Assembly (NCBI GenBank): GCA_965365595.1
Contig: CBDUCG010000001.1
Location: 1-47,827, forward strand
DNA from: an uncultured bacterium
GTDB lineage: Bacteria > Desulfobacterota_D > UBA1144 > Nemesobacterales > UBA2774
Direction of reading: 5' to 3'
DNA: 47,827 nt
Position 1 is the stretch's first letter. Every line of letters starts with the position of its first letter. Of the stretch, positions 1 to 7,713 are shown one piece after another. The notes beneath the pieces were generated by a model that made no database searches, had not been told where the DNA came from, and saw only the letters and a program-made list of their open reading frames with translations. The position numbers and the translations under genes are program-made.

Positions 1-142
1 GTGTAAGCTTCGCATATGGAATCATATGAATGTTGAGCTGATTCAAGATTCAAATCAAATGTGTAAAGATCTAAACATGATAATACATATTTGTTAGTAA
101 TTTCAAGGTATTACAGCTAGTTAGACACCTTGTATAGGTTCT

Positions 143-158
143 TGGCATATCTCTTGCA
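143..158 (+). promoter_or_regulatory. Candidate sigma-54 (-24/-12) promoter upstream of amt
   Basis: TGGCATatctcTTGCA has the same spacing as the consensus TGGCACG-N4-TTGCA. It lies about 60 nt upstream of the amt ATG. Confidence 0.5.
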
Positions 159-217
159 TTCTAAAGGTTGATAAAATCTGTTTTTTTTAAAGACCTTGCC
201 AAAGGAGGAGTGCAGAG

Positions 218-1606
218 ATGAAAGATTTTTTATACAGATTCAAAGATAAGCCCACGAAGGCTACTATTTTTACAATGTTGAGTTTGCTTGTTTTAGGAGC
301 TTACTCGGCATTTGCTCAAGAGGATGCAGGCCCAACAGCTGCAGACGCTTTATTTACTGCAAATAATGTTTGGATGCTTGTGGCGACATTCCTTGTGTTT
401 ATTATGCACCTCGGATTTGCTTCGCTTGAATCAGGACTTACCAGAGCTAAAAACACAACGAACATTCTATTTAAAAATGTTTCAATTATTTCAATTGGTA
501 TTCTCACTTACGCAATAGTTGGTTTTAACCTCATGTATCCTGGAGATTTTTCAATCGGTCAATATTTCGGATTTGCAGGTTTTGGAATTGCTTCTCCGGA
601 AGGAGCTGCAGGCTTAATAGAATATGCAGATGGCGGATATACATATTGGACTGATTTTATATTCCAGGCGATGTTTGCAGCAACAGCAGCTACAATTGTT
701 TCAGGTGCTGTAGCTGAAAGAATCAAACTTAGCAGTTTCTTAGTATTTTCGATAATTTTTGTTGCAATCGTTTATCCAATAGCAGGTTCTTGGAAGTGGG
801 GTGGAGGATGGTTGGATGCTATGGGTTTTTATGATTTTGCAGGATCCACACTGGTGCACAGCGTAGGAGGATGGGGGGCACTGATTGGTGCGCTCATACT
901 TGGACCTCGTCTTGGTAAATATACAAAATCTGGACTAAAGCCTATCCCTGGACACAGCCTTCCGTTGGCAGCTATCGGTATGTTCCTGCTATGGTTTGGA
1001 TGGTATGGGTTTAACGGCGGTTCAGTTCTTTCTGCTGACCCAGAACTCATATCATTAGTATTTGTTACAACCTCACTTGCCGCAGCAGCAGGAATAATGG
1101 GAGCTTTATTCCTATCTTGGATAGTGTTTAAGAAACCAGACCTTTCAATGATTCTCAACGGGTCTCTCGCAGGACTAGTTGGTATCACTGCCGGAGCGGA
1201 TGTTATAAGCCCATTATATTCAGTAATAGTTGGTTTTATCGCTGGAATCATTGTTGTTGCTTCAGTTCTGTTCTTCGATAAATATGCAAAAGTTGACGAC
1301 CCTGTGGGTGCTATTTCCGTTCACCTCGTGTGTGGAATATGGGGAACACTTGCTGTAGGTATTTTTGCTGCTGACTTTAGCTTTATTACTCAGCTGATAG
1401 GTGTTCTTGCCTACGGTGTATTTACAGTGGTTTGTGCGCTTATTTTGTTCTTTGCAATCAAGTTGATAATGGGATTAAGAGTTTCAGAAGAAGAAGAAAT
1501 GGCAGGGCTGGATATTGGCGAGCACGGTATGGAGGCATACCCTGACTTTCAGCAATTGGCTGAATCAGGCGGTTCCACAATGAATTATCCCCCGTCACAA
1601 GGTTAA
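218..1606 (+). CDS. amtB: Ammonium transporter (Amt family) with N-terminal signal peptide
   Basis: 462 aa and polytopic. Amt-type motifs are present (DFAGSTLVHSVGGWGALIGALILGPR, WFGWYGFNGGS, ISVHLVCGIWGTLAVG). An AGGAGG SD precedes the ATG. Confidence 0.95.
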   Translation: MKDFLYRFKDKPTKATIFTMLSLLVLGAYSAFAQEDAGPTAADALFTANNVWMLVATFLVFIMHLGFASLESGLTRAKNTTNILFKNVSIISIGILTYAIVGFNLMYPGDFSIGQYFGFAGFGIASPEGAAGLIEYADGGYTYWTDFIFQAMFAATAATIVSGAVAERIKLSSFLVFSIIFVAIVYPIAGSWKWGGGWLDAMGFYDFAGSTLVHSVGGWGALIGALILGPRLGKYTKSGLKPIPGHSLPLAAIGMFLLWFGWYGFNGGSVLSADPELISLVFVTTSLAAAAGIMGALFLSWIVFKKPDLSMILNGSLAGLVGITAGADVISPLYSVIVGFIAGIIVVASVLFFDKYAKVDDPVGAISVHLVCGIWGTLAVGIFAADFSFITQLIGVLAYGVFTVVCALILFFAIKLIMGLRVSEEEEMAGLDIGEHGMEAYPDFQQLAESGGSTMNYPPSQG

Positions 1607-1681
1607 TAATAGAATAAAGATAATAAGTGCAAATAATGATAATAAAAATAAAAGCAAATAAATAAAAAGGATTCAAGGTTG

Positions 1682-1711
1682 GCTACTCCCCTGAAAAAGG
1701 GGAGTAGCTTT
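1682..1711 (+). terminator. Rho-independent terminator-like hairpin after amt
   Basis: A perfect 10-bp stem (gctactcccc / ggggagtagc) with a 7-nt loop, followed by ttt. Confidence 0.55.
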
Positions 1712-1752
1712 GAAAAGCAGTTAAATCCAATTCAAAGGAGGATAAGTCAGAT

Positions 1753-3093
1753 ATGAAAAGGTTAACGATATTTGCTCTTATGTTAACGTTTTTACTGCCA
1801 CTAGGCACTTTATCATCTAATGCTCAGTCAAGGGATCAGCAGATCCAGGAACTTAAGCAGATGGTAGAGCAGAATCGTCAGCAGAACGAAGCTCTGATGT
1901 TGAAAATTCAGCAGATGGAGGCTGAAAAAGCAGCAACACAGGTGCAAGTTGAAGAACTGGCGACAAAGCAGGAGGATACAGACCTTAAGGTTAATGGTTT
2001 CTTGACGTTTTTTGACGCCATTGATATAGGTTTCTATGTTGATACCACTTATCAGTATGTATTTGATCGTGGTTCAACAAGTGATCTGCAGTTAAGGTCA
2101 CTATATCCAGACAACCAGCAGTTTGCTATAAACGCTTTTACAGTTTCGGTATCCAAGACTCCGACACTTGAAGGCGGAGTTATGGATCTATTAGGTTTCA
2201 GAGCTGACATTCTGTTTGGAGAACAGGCACCTCTGCTTGCTTCAAATGGACTAAGCAGTGATGTTGTAGATCCGTATCAGGCGTACCTGCAGTTCTTGGC
2301 ACCTGTTGGTAACGGACTCAATGTTTACGCTGGTAAGTTTGTAACACTCGCCGGATATGAGGTTATTGAAGCTAAAGACAATCCTAACATTACACGTTCG
2401 ATTCTGTTTGGATTTGCCATTCCTTTTACACATACAGGTATCAGAACAGATTACACTGCCGGGCCACTTACTCTGACTGCCGGTCTAAACAATGGATGGG
2501 ATCAGGTTAAAGACGAAAATGGCAATGTAACAATAGAGAGTCAGCTGGCGTTCAGCCACTCAGGCGGCGCTATCAGCGATCTCTGGATAGGTGTTACCGG
2601 ATATTTCGGTAGAGAACCTGGTGATATAGGGTTTGAAGAAACAAATGGCTGGAGAGAGCTCATTACCGCTGTGGGAACAGTTACCTTAAACGACTGGCTA
2701 ACATTCATTGTTGATGCTGACTTTGGTTGGCAGCAAGATGTTATTTTCAATGAGCTGGGAGATGAAGAAGGTGTCTCATGGTGGGGTATCGCCGGTTATA
2801 TCGTAGCTGATGTGCATCCTGCAATCAGTCTTGCGCTAAGAGGTGAGTATTTTGATGACGAAGATGGTTTTAGGACAGGTACATCACAGAAGCTATTTGA
2901 ATTAACACCAACAATTTCCATTAAACCGTTTAAAGGCTTAATTGCCGGAAACAGATTTATTGATAATTTCGAAGCAAGAGCCGAATTCAGATGGGACCAC
3001 TCGGACGAGAGGTACTTTGAAACGGAAGATGGAGGATTTGAAAAAGACCAGTACGGCGTAATGGGACAGTGGCTGTATTGGATTGATATATAA
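1753..3093 (+). CDS. Outer-membrane beta-barrel porin-like protein with N-terminal coiled coil
   Basis: It has a signal peptide (ending SSNAQS), then a Q/E-rich heptad region. The rest shows alternating aromatic/Gly beta-strand patterning, and the sequence ends in an aromatic-rich C-terminal strand (GQWLYWIDI). An AGGAG SD is present. Confidence 0.6.
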   Translation: MKRLTIFALMLTFLLPLGTLSSNAQSRDQQIQELKQMVEQNRQQNEALMLKIQQMEAEKAATQVQVEELATKQEDTDLKVNGFLTFFDAIDIGFYVDTTYQYVFDRGSTSDLQLRSLYPDNQQFAINAFTVSVSKTPTLEGGVMDLLGFRADILFGEQAPLLASNGLSSDVVDPYQAYLQFLAPVGNGLNVYAGKFVTLAGYEVIEAKDNPNITRSILFGFAIPFTHTGIRTDYTAGPLTLTAGLNNGWDQVKDENGNVTIESQLAFSHSGGAISDLWIGVTGYFGREPGDIGFEETNGWRELITAVGTVTLNDWLTFIVDADFGWQQDVIFNELGDEEGVSWWGIAGYIVADVHPAISLALRGEYFDDEDGFRTGTSQKLFELTPTISIKPFKGLIAGNRFIDNFEARAEFRWDHSDERYFETEDGGFEKDQYGVMGQWLYWIDI

Positions 3094-3171
3094 AAATCAA
3101 GAGATTATAAGATACATCGACTCTATTCTATTAGAGTCCTTATCTCTCCATATCTCCTTTGTGTGGGCGGG

Positions 3172-3220
3172 GGGAGGACGGTTCTTAGGGCTAAGGCTGT
3201 TCTCCCTTTTGTCTTTTTTT
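3172..3220 (+). terminator. Rho-independent terminator after the porin gene
   Basis: A long imperfect hairpin (gggaggacgg...ctgttctccc) is followed by ttttgtcttttttt. Confidence 0.6.
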
Positions 3221-3350
3221 ATATATGTTGATGACAGACAATTTTTTTCCTTGCGTGAAAATATCTGATTAGGTAGAATAACAACCGCTTTTTAATGAAG
3301 ACATTAACATCTCATTAACATTGCATTAATTTCAACTACAAGTTCAGTAT

Positions 3351-3423
3351 GCCCGGATAGCTCAGTCGGTAGAGCAGAGGATTGAAAATCCTCGTGTCGG
3401 CAGTTCGATTCTGTCTCCGGGCA
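3351..3423 (+). tRNA. tRNA-Phe (anticodon GAA)
   Basis: Cloverleaf read by eye. The acceptor stem is GCCCGGA/TCCGGGC, the anticodon loop is tTGAAaa and the T-loop is TTCGATT. CCA is not encoded. Confidence 0.95.
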
Positions 3424-3604
3424 TCTTACTTATCAAGGGTGATAATCTCCCTAACTTCCGTATAAGCAAATATGATTTTAGTTCCATTGTAAGGATATAT
3501 AGTGTTATATTATAGATTTACGATTACTTCTTGATATTATTATAAATTTTATGAGAATTAGTGTTGCTATTTGGCTGGTTTATCATGTAGAATAATATAA
3601 AATA

Positions 3605-3638
3605 ATTGTAATATTAAGGGGTTGGAAAAAATTACAAT
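3605..3638 (+). promoter_or_regulatory. Inverted repeat (possible operator) just upstream of the XRE gene
   Basis: attgtaat and attacaat are separated by an 18-nt spacer and lie directly before the GGAGG SD and the ATG at 3656. Confidence 0.3.
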
Positions 3639-3655
3639 GCTGGAGGTATTAATAT

Positions 3656-4072
3656 ATGAGGTTCGGTGATTATTTAAAGAGCAAGAGGAAACAGAGAAAT
3701 ATTACCCAAGAAGAACTTGCTCGCAGTTTGGAAGTATCAAGTGTCTTTATACATCAGCTTGAAACGGGCAAAGTTGACGCCCCATCCATAGACCGTTGCC
3801 ATCAGATGGCTGCAATCTTGGAGATAGAGATCGAAGAGTTGTGGACTGTAGCCAAGAAGGAACGCCTCAAAAGGTTTATGGAAAAAGAAGATATAGAGCA
3901 GGACAGCTTCGAAGTCTTAACAGATTCGGAAAAGGCATTGATTAATCTTTACAGAAGCCTGGACAGTGATATGAGGCGTGATTTCAGCGGTATGATCTTT
4001 ATGTTGCTAAGACATACAAAAGACCAGGGCGTACAGGAGATACTCGAAGAGTTTATGAAAAAATGCGCTTAA
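3656..4072 (+). CDS. XRE-family helix-turn-helix transcriptional regulator
   Basis: The N-terminus (LKSKRKQRNITQEELARSLEVSSVFIHQLETGK) is a typical Cro/CI HTH. The C-terminal ~70 aa is helical and of unknown function. Confidence 0.85.
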   Translation: MRFGDYLKSKRKQRNITQEELARSLEVSSVFIHQLETGKVDAPSIDRCHQMAAILEIEIEELWTVAKKERLKRFMEKEDIEQDSFEVLTDSEKALINLYRSLDSDMRRDFSGMIFMLLRHTKDQGVQEILEEFMKKCA

Positions 4073-4806
4073 CGAATAATCTTTCTTTCATATTTAAAGC
4101 AATCGGAATAGAGATCTGCATTCTGGCTCTCATAGGACTGGTTTTTTTATTTCAGTTCAATCGGGCCAAAACGGAATTCGTCTCTAAAACAAGGGCAATA
4201 TCGGAAACGATAGGTGATCTTGCGATTGATTATTACACTGAGGAAGGTATAGAGCCTACTAGTGGGGACTTTTATCTCTTTCTGGATAAAAGGCTGGGCA
4301 GAAAAAAGCTCTTCAATACATTTGAAATTTCTCCGAAATTTTTCAGTGTGGTTTTTAACAATGAAGGATTGTTGACTAACGAATATAATTTTGAGGGCGG
4401 TTATTCCGTTAAAGATTCAAACGGGATATTATCCGTACTTGTCCCCTTTTCAGGGACCAATCAGAGCGAACAGCTGGGTATTGTGAAGATTGATTCCGAT
4501 ACAAGGGCGATTTTGAAAAAGGTATTCGCTAATAATTATCTGCTATATGCGGCTATGTTGATCGTTCTTAACAACCAGGCCTTTATTTTCTATCTTCTAA
4601 TGAGAAGAAAAAGAGAGGTTGTCTTTGAGAAAGGATATCTCAAAGAGCACTCAATCGGCGCACTTAAGATCATGCATAAAGTTCTAGGTGACATAATAGA
4701 AGACCATCAGAGCGAATTTGAGCCGGAAGATAATAAGAGGAAAGCACAAGAGGAAGACAAGAACGTAATATCGATTTCAGATTTGGCGGATAAAAGGAAA
4801 GGATGA
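4063..4806 (+). CDS. Membrane protein with TM, ~125-aa extracytoplasmic domain, TM and a charged tail (sensor-like, no output domain)
   Basis: Two hydrophobic segments lie at about residues 10-30 and 158-180. The gene overlaps the XRE gene by 10 nt and the next gene by ATGA. Confidence 0.6.
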   Translation: MRLTNNLSFIFKAIGIEICILALIGLVFLFQFNRAKTEFVSKTRAISETIGDLAIDYYTEEGIEPTSGDFYLFLDKRLGRKKLFNTFEISPKFFSVVFNNEGLLTNEYNFEGGYSVKDSNGILSVLVPFSGTNQSEQLGIVKIDSDTRAILKKVFANNYLLYAAMLIVLNNQAFIFYLLMRRKREVVFEKGYLKEHSIGALKIMHKVLGDIIEDHQSEFEPEDNKRKAQEEDKNVISISDLADKRKG

Positions 4807-5171
4807 AGAAATATCTATTAGTAGTTTTAGCTATCATGTTTTTTGCATGGGGATGCGACACACCGGAAGATGACGGAGTAGTCGGTCTGGACGGGCCTAT
4901 TCTTGAGAGTGTGGACAGTAACGGTTTATTAGAATTTAATGGAGCTGTTATTAATAATGGCGATACGCCGGTGCAATCAGTATATGTTGTTATTATTTTA
5001 AAAGACGAAGGCGGCAATATCATAGAAGCCAACTCTATATCTCTGTTTGAAGAGGGCAGCGGCGCTCTTTTATACCCAATGGAAAGAGCGTTCTTTAGTG
5101 TATCGATAGGTACCGATCCAAACAGGGTCTTCTCAAAAGATGTTGAAATTTATTACGAAGATCCCATCTAG
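4803..5171 (+). CDS. Small lipoprotein, probably a beta-sandwich domain
   Basis: The signal peptide carries a lipobox (FFAWG|C). The start overlaps the upstream stop as ATGA. The C-terminus (VEIYYEDPI) loosely resembles FxLYD-type domains. Confidence 0.6.
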   Translation: MKKYLLVVLAIMFFAWGCDTPEDDGVVGLDGPILESVDSNGLLEFNGAVINNGDTPVQSVYVVIILKDEGGNIIEANSISLFEEGSGALLYPMERAFFSVSIGTDPNRVFSKDVEIYYEDPI

Positions 5172-5431
5172 AATTATAAACTAAACGGAATTATATTCTG
5201 ATCCTGAAGTAGTTTCATAAACCTTTATACAAAAGCGATTAAATCTAGTTTTATGTTTAACTGTTTCGTGAATGCGAGATTCGTAGATCAGAATTAACTG
5301 TCTTGCGGGTAATTTGTTAATTATTGGATCAAAAATAGGGAAATATCTCAAATTTACTAGATATACTTAGATAGATCGTTTAATTATAAATATAGTTGAA
5401 TTTATTGTTTTATGTTCTAGAGGAGCTGAGT

Positions 5432-6469
5432 TTGTTAATAGGCAAAGGTGGAGTAGTCGGTGTAGATATCGGTACTAACTCTATAAAGATTGTTGAACTT
5501 GAAGAAGTTGGAACGACTTATAGGCTGAAGAATATCGGTGAAGCCCCTATAGCTCAGGGGGTAATTATCAACAAAATCATACAAAATTCAAACGTTTTAT
5601 CAAATATTCTTTCCTCGCTTGTTGAAGATCTTGGCATACAAGCTGATGACGCTGCTGTTTCAATTTCGGGTAACCCGGTTTTATTAAAAAGAGTCAGTCT
5701 TCCTGCCATGTCTAGTGCGGAGCTTAACAAATCCATCAAATGGGAATTTGAGCAGCTTTGTTCAAACGGAATCCGGGATTTCAATTATGATTACCAAGTT
5801 ATAGATTCACAAAATTCAAATGATCGGATAGATGTTTTAATTGTTGCTGTTAACAAAGTTATTGCAAAACAATATCTCTCAATAATTTCGGCAGTGGGTC
5901 TGAATCCTGTCCTAATAGATCTGGACGTATTTTCTCTGGCGACAATGTATCAGGAAAATTATCCCGATTCCGAGGGCCAGATAGCCTTGGTTAATATAGG
6001 CGCTTCTGTGACAAACATTTTAATATTACAGAGCGGAGAGGTAGTATTTGCAAGAGACTTGCTAATCGGGGGTGATGTTTATTCCCATACTATAATGACA
6101 GAAATGGACTTTACTTATGATCAGGTTGAAGAAGTTAAACACAGCCAGAGCGCAGGGTTCACTAGCCCAGTTGTTGATCAGCTTGCAAGTGATTTCATAA
6201 AATCCATATCTTCTGAAATAAAAGAAGCAACAGATTATTATTCAGCCGCATATGGTCAGGATAAAGTTAAACGAATAATGATCGGCGGCGGAACTGCTAT
6301 GTTGCCGGGTTTAAAAGAGATGATTTCAGAGTTGACTCAATCTTATGTCGGGGTGCTTAACCCTTTTAGGAATATTGATTTGAGAAATGACATTTTTGAT
6401 CCGGAATACGTTGAGGATGTTTCCCCCAAGATGTGTATTGCCGCTGGACTTGCACTTAACAAAGCCTAG
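5432..6469 (+). CDS. pilM: PilM-like actin/HSP70-fold ATPase (type IV pilus assembly PilM family)
   Basis: VVGVDIGTNSIKIVELEE is a phosphate-1 motif, and IMIGGGTAMLPGL and a further actin-fold motif follow. The start is probably the TTG at 5432, after an AGGAG SD; the ORF track starts at 5396. Confidence 0.8.
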   Translation: MLIGKGGVVGVDIGTNSIKIVELEEVGTTYRLKNIGEAPIAQGVIINKIIQNSNVLSNILSSLVEDLGIQADDAAVSISGNPVLLKRVSLPAMSSAELNKSIKWEFEQLCSNGIRDFNYDYQVIDSQNSNDRIDVLIVAVNKVIAKQYLSIISAVGLNPVLIDLDVFSLATMYQENYPDSEGQIALVNIGASVTNILILQSGEVVFARDLLIGGDVYSHTIMTEMDFTYDQVEEVKHSQSAGFTSPVVDQLASDFIKSISSEIKEATDYYSAAYGQDKVKRIMIGGGTAMLPGLKEMISELTQSYVGVLNPFRNIDLRNDIFDPEYVEDVSPKMCIAAGLALNKA

Positions 6470-6616
6470 GACATGAAATACTCACATATATTGAATTTAA
6501 GCGGTTACTAATAAATGCTTTCTTGGAATATATCATCTTGATGAATGTTGAGAGAATGATATCCTAAATTCCATCAAACAAGCAAAATATTTTCTGTAAA
6601 CAGTATAAGGATTCTT

Positions 6617-7255
6617 ATGAAGTGCGAACTTTGCAATAAGAGAAAACCTAAAAGATACTGCCCTGCAAAGAGAACCTCAATTTGTCCGGTATGTTGTGGC
6701 GAAAAAAGAGGAATTGAAATTAACTGTCCTCCAGATTGTCAGTATTATGTTGAGGGTCAGAAACATCACCAGCAGAAGATAATGCAGCAGAGAATTAAAA
6801 AAGACGGTGCTCGGAGCTATGTAAGAAAAGCAGAGCTTTACAAGCATAATCCGGAATTATTCGCACATCTTGAGAAGGGATTCGTAAGCATTTTCAGAGC
6901 CGACAAAAATTTAACTAACAAGGACCTTGTTTCAGGCCTTGATCTGGCCCACCAAACACTTGAGACGGAAAAGAAAGGAATAATATTTCAGCATCAGAGC
7001 GGCAATAATTATGCTGATGAAATTTCAAACCATGTTTTGGGTATAGTAAGACATTTTAAAGATAATCCGGAGGTCGGAGAAAATAGAATAAATCTCGATT
7101 TTGCAATATTGGTTGTAAAAGAGTTTTTAGATGAGGCCCGATTTTATATGAAAAACGATGCTAATTCCAAGAGTTACTTTATTTATCTATTGAGATACCA
7201 CCCGGATGAGGAAGCTCCTGTTCAGGCAGAAAGTAAGTTAATCATAACACCCTGA
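6617..7255 (+). CDS. Hypothetical protein with N-terminal 8-Cys metal-binding cluster
   Basis: The N-terminal Cys pattern is CxxC-x7-C-x7-CxxCC-x9-C-x3-C, followed by a helical ~165-aa region. I did not recognise a family. Confidence 0.55.
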   Translation: MKCELCNKRKPKRYCPAKRTSICPVCCGEKRGIEINCPPDCQYYVEGQKHHQQKIMQQRIKKDGARSYVRKAELYKHNPELFAHLEKGFVSIFRADKNLTNKDLVSGLDLAHQTLETEKKGIIFQHQSGNNYADEISNHVLGIVRHFKDNPEVGENRINLDFAILVVKEFLDEARFYMKNDANSKSYFIYLLRYHPDEEAPVQAESKLIITP

Positions 7256-7280
7256 TATATTGGGTAGTTAATATTGTTTT

Positions 7281-7472
7281 TTATTTTTTGGAATTGCTCG
7301 ATGGCACGGTATTGATAATAGCTGAAATTATAAAAGCAATTACTGCTACTACAGCCAGATATTTGAAATAGGGTTCCCAACTTATTGAAACTCCCAGATA
7401 AAAACCAATACCAACGAATGTGAACAATATAAGGCAAATAAATATAGCACCTGGAATATTTTTACTTAACAC
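7281..7472 (-). CDS. Small two-TM membrane protein
   Basis: GTG start with an AGGAGG SD 10 nt upstream. Two clear hydrophobic helices and a basic C-terminus. Confidence 0.45.
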   Translation of the reverse strand: MLSKNIPGAIFICLILFTFVGIGFYLGVSISWEPYFKYLAVVAVIAFIISAIINTVPSSNSKK

Positions 7473-7713
7473 TTGGATCGTTCCTCCTGTAATGAATAAG
7501 GCTATGGAATTCTATCTGAATACAGCGAAACATTCAAATTTTGCAATGAAAAATATTGTCCAAATATTGACTCTCAATTTCCGCCGGATTGAAGTTACCC
7601 TTAAATGAATGTAGACTTATTTAAAATTGCAAAAATTTGATATACGGCACTTTTATCTATCCTTGTTTTAAAGCATACTTTAAGCGGCGATTAAAAATCT
7701 CCCGTGGTTATTT

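Noticed and set aside
3083-3268. 61-aa ORF after the porin gene
   Set aside because: It spans the terminator hairpin and T-tract and has no SD. The sequence is low-complexity and Leu/Phe-rich.
7420-7608. 62-aa plus-strand ORF between the small membrane protein gene and rnr
   Set aside because: It overlaps the better-supported minus-strand two-TM ORF (which has an SD and a GTG start) and has no SD or motifs of its own.
3424-7700. tRNA-Phe-associated genomic island or integrative element
   Set aside because: No integrase or recombinase gene is present. I could not find a direct repeat of the tRNA 3' end in the downstream intergenic regions. The accessory flavour rests only on AT-richness and hypothetical genes.
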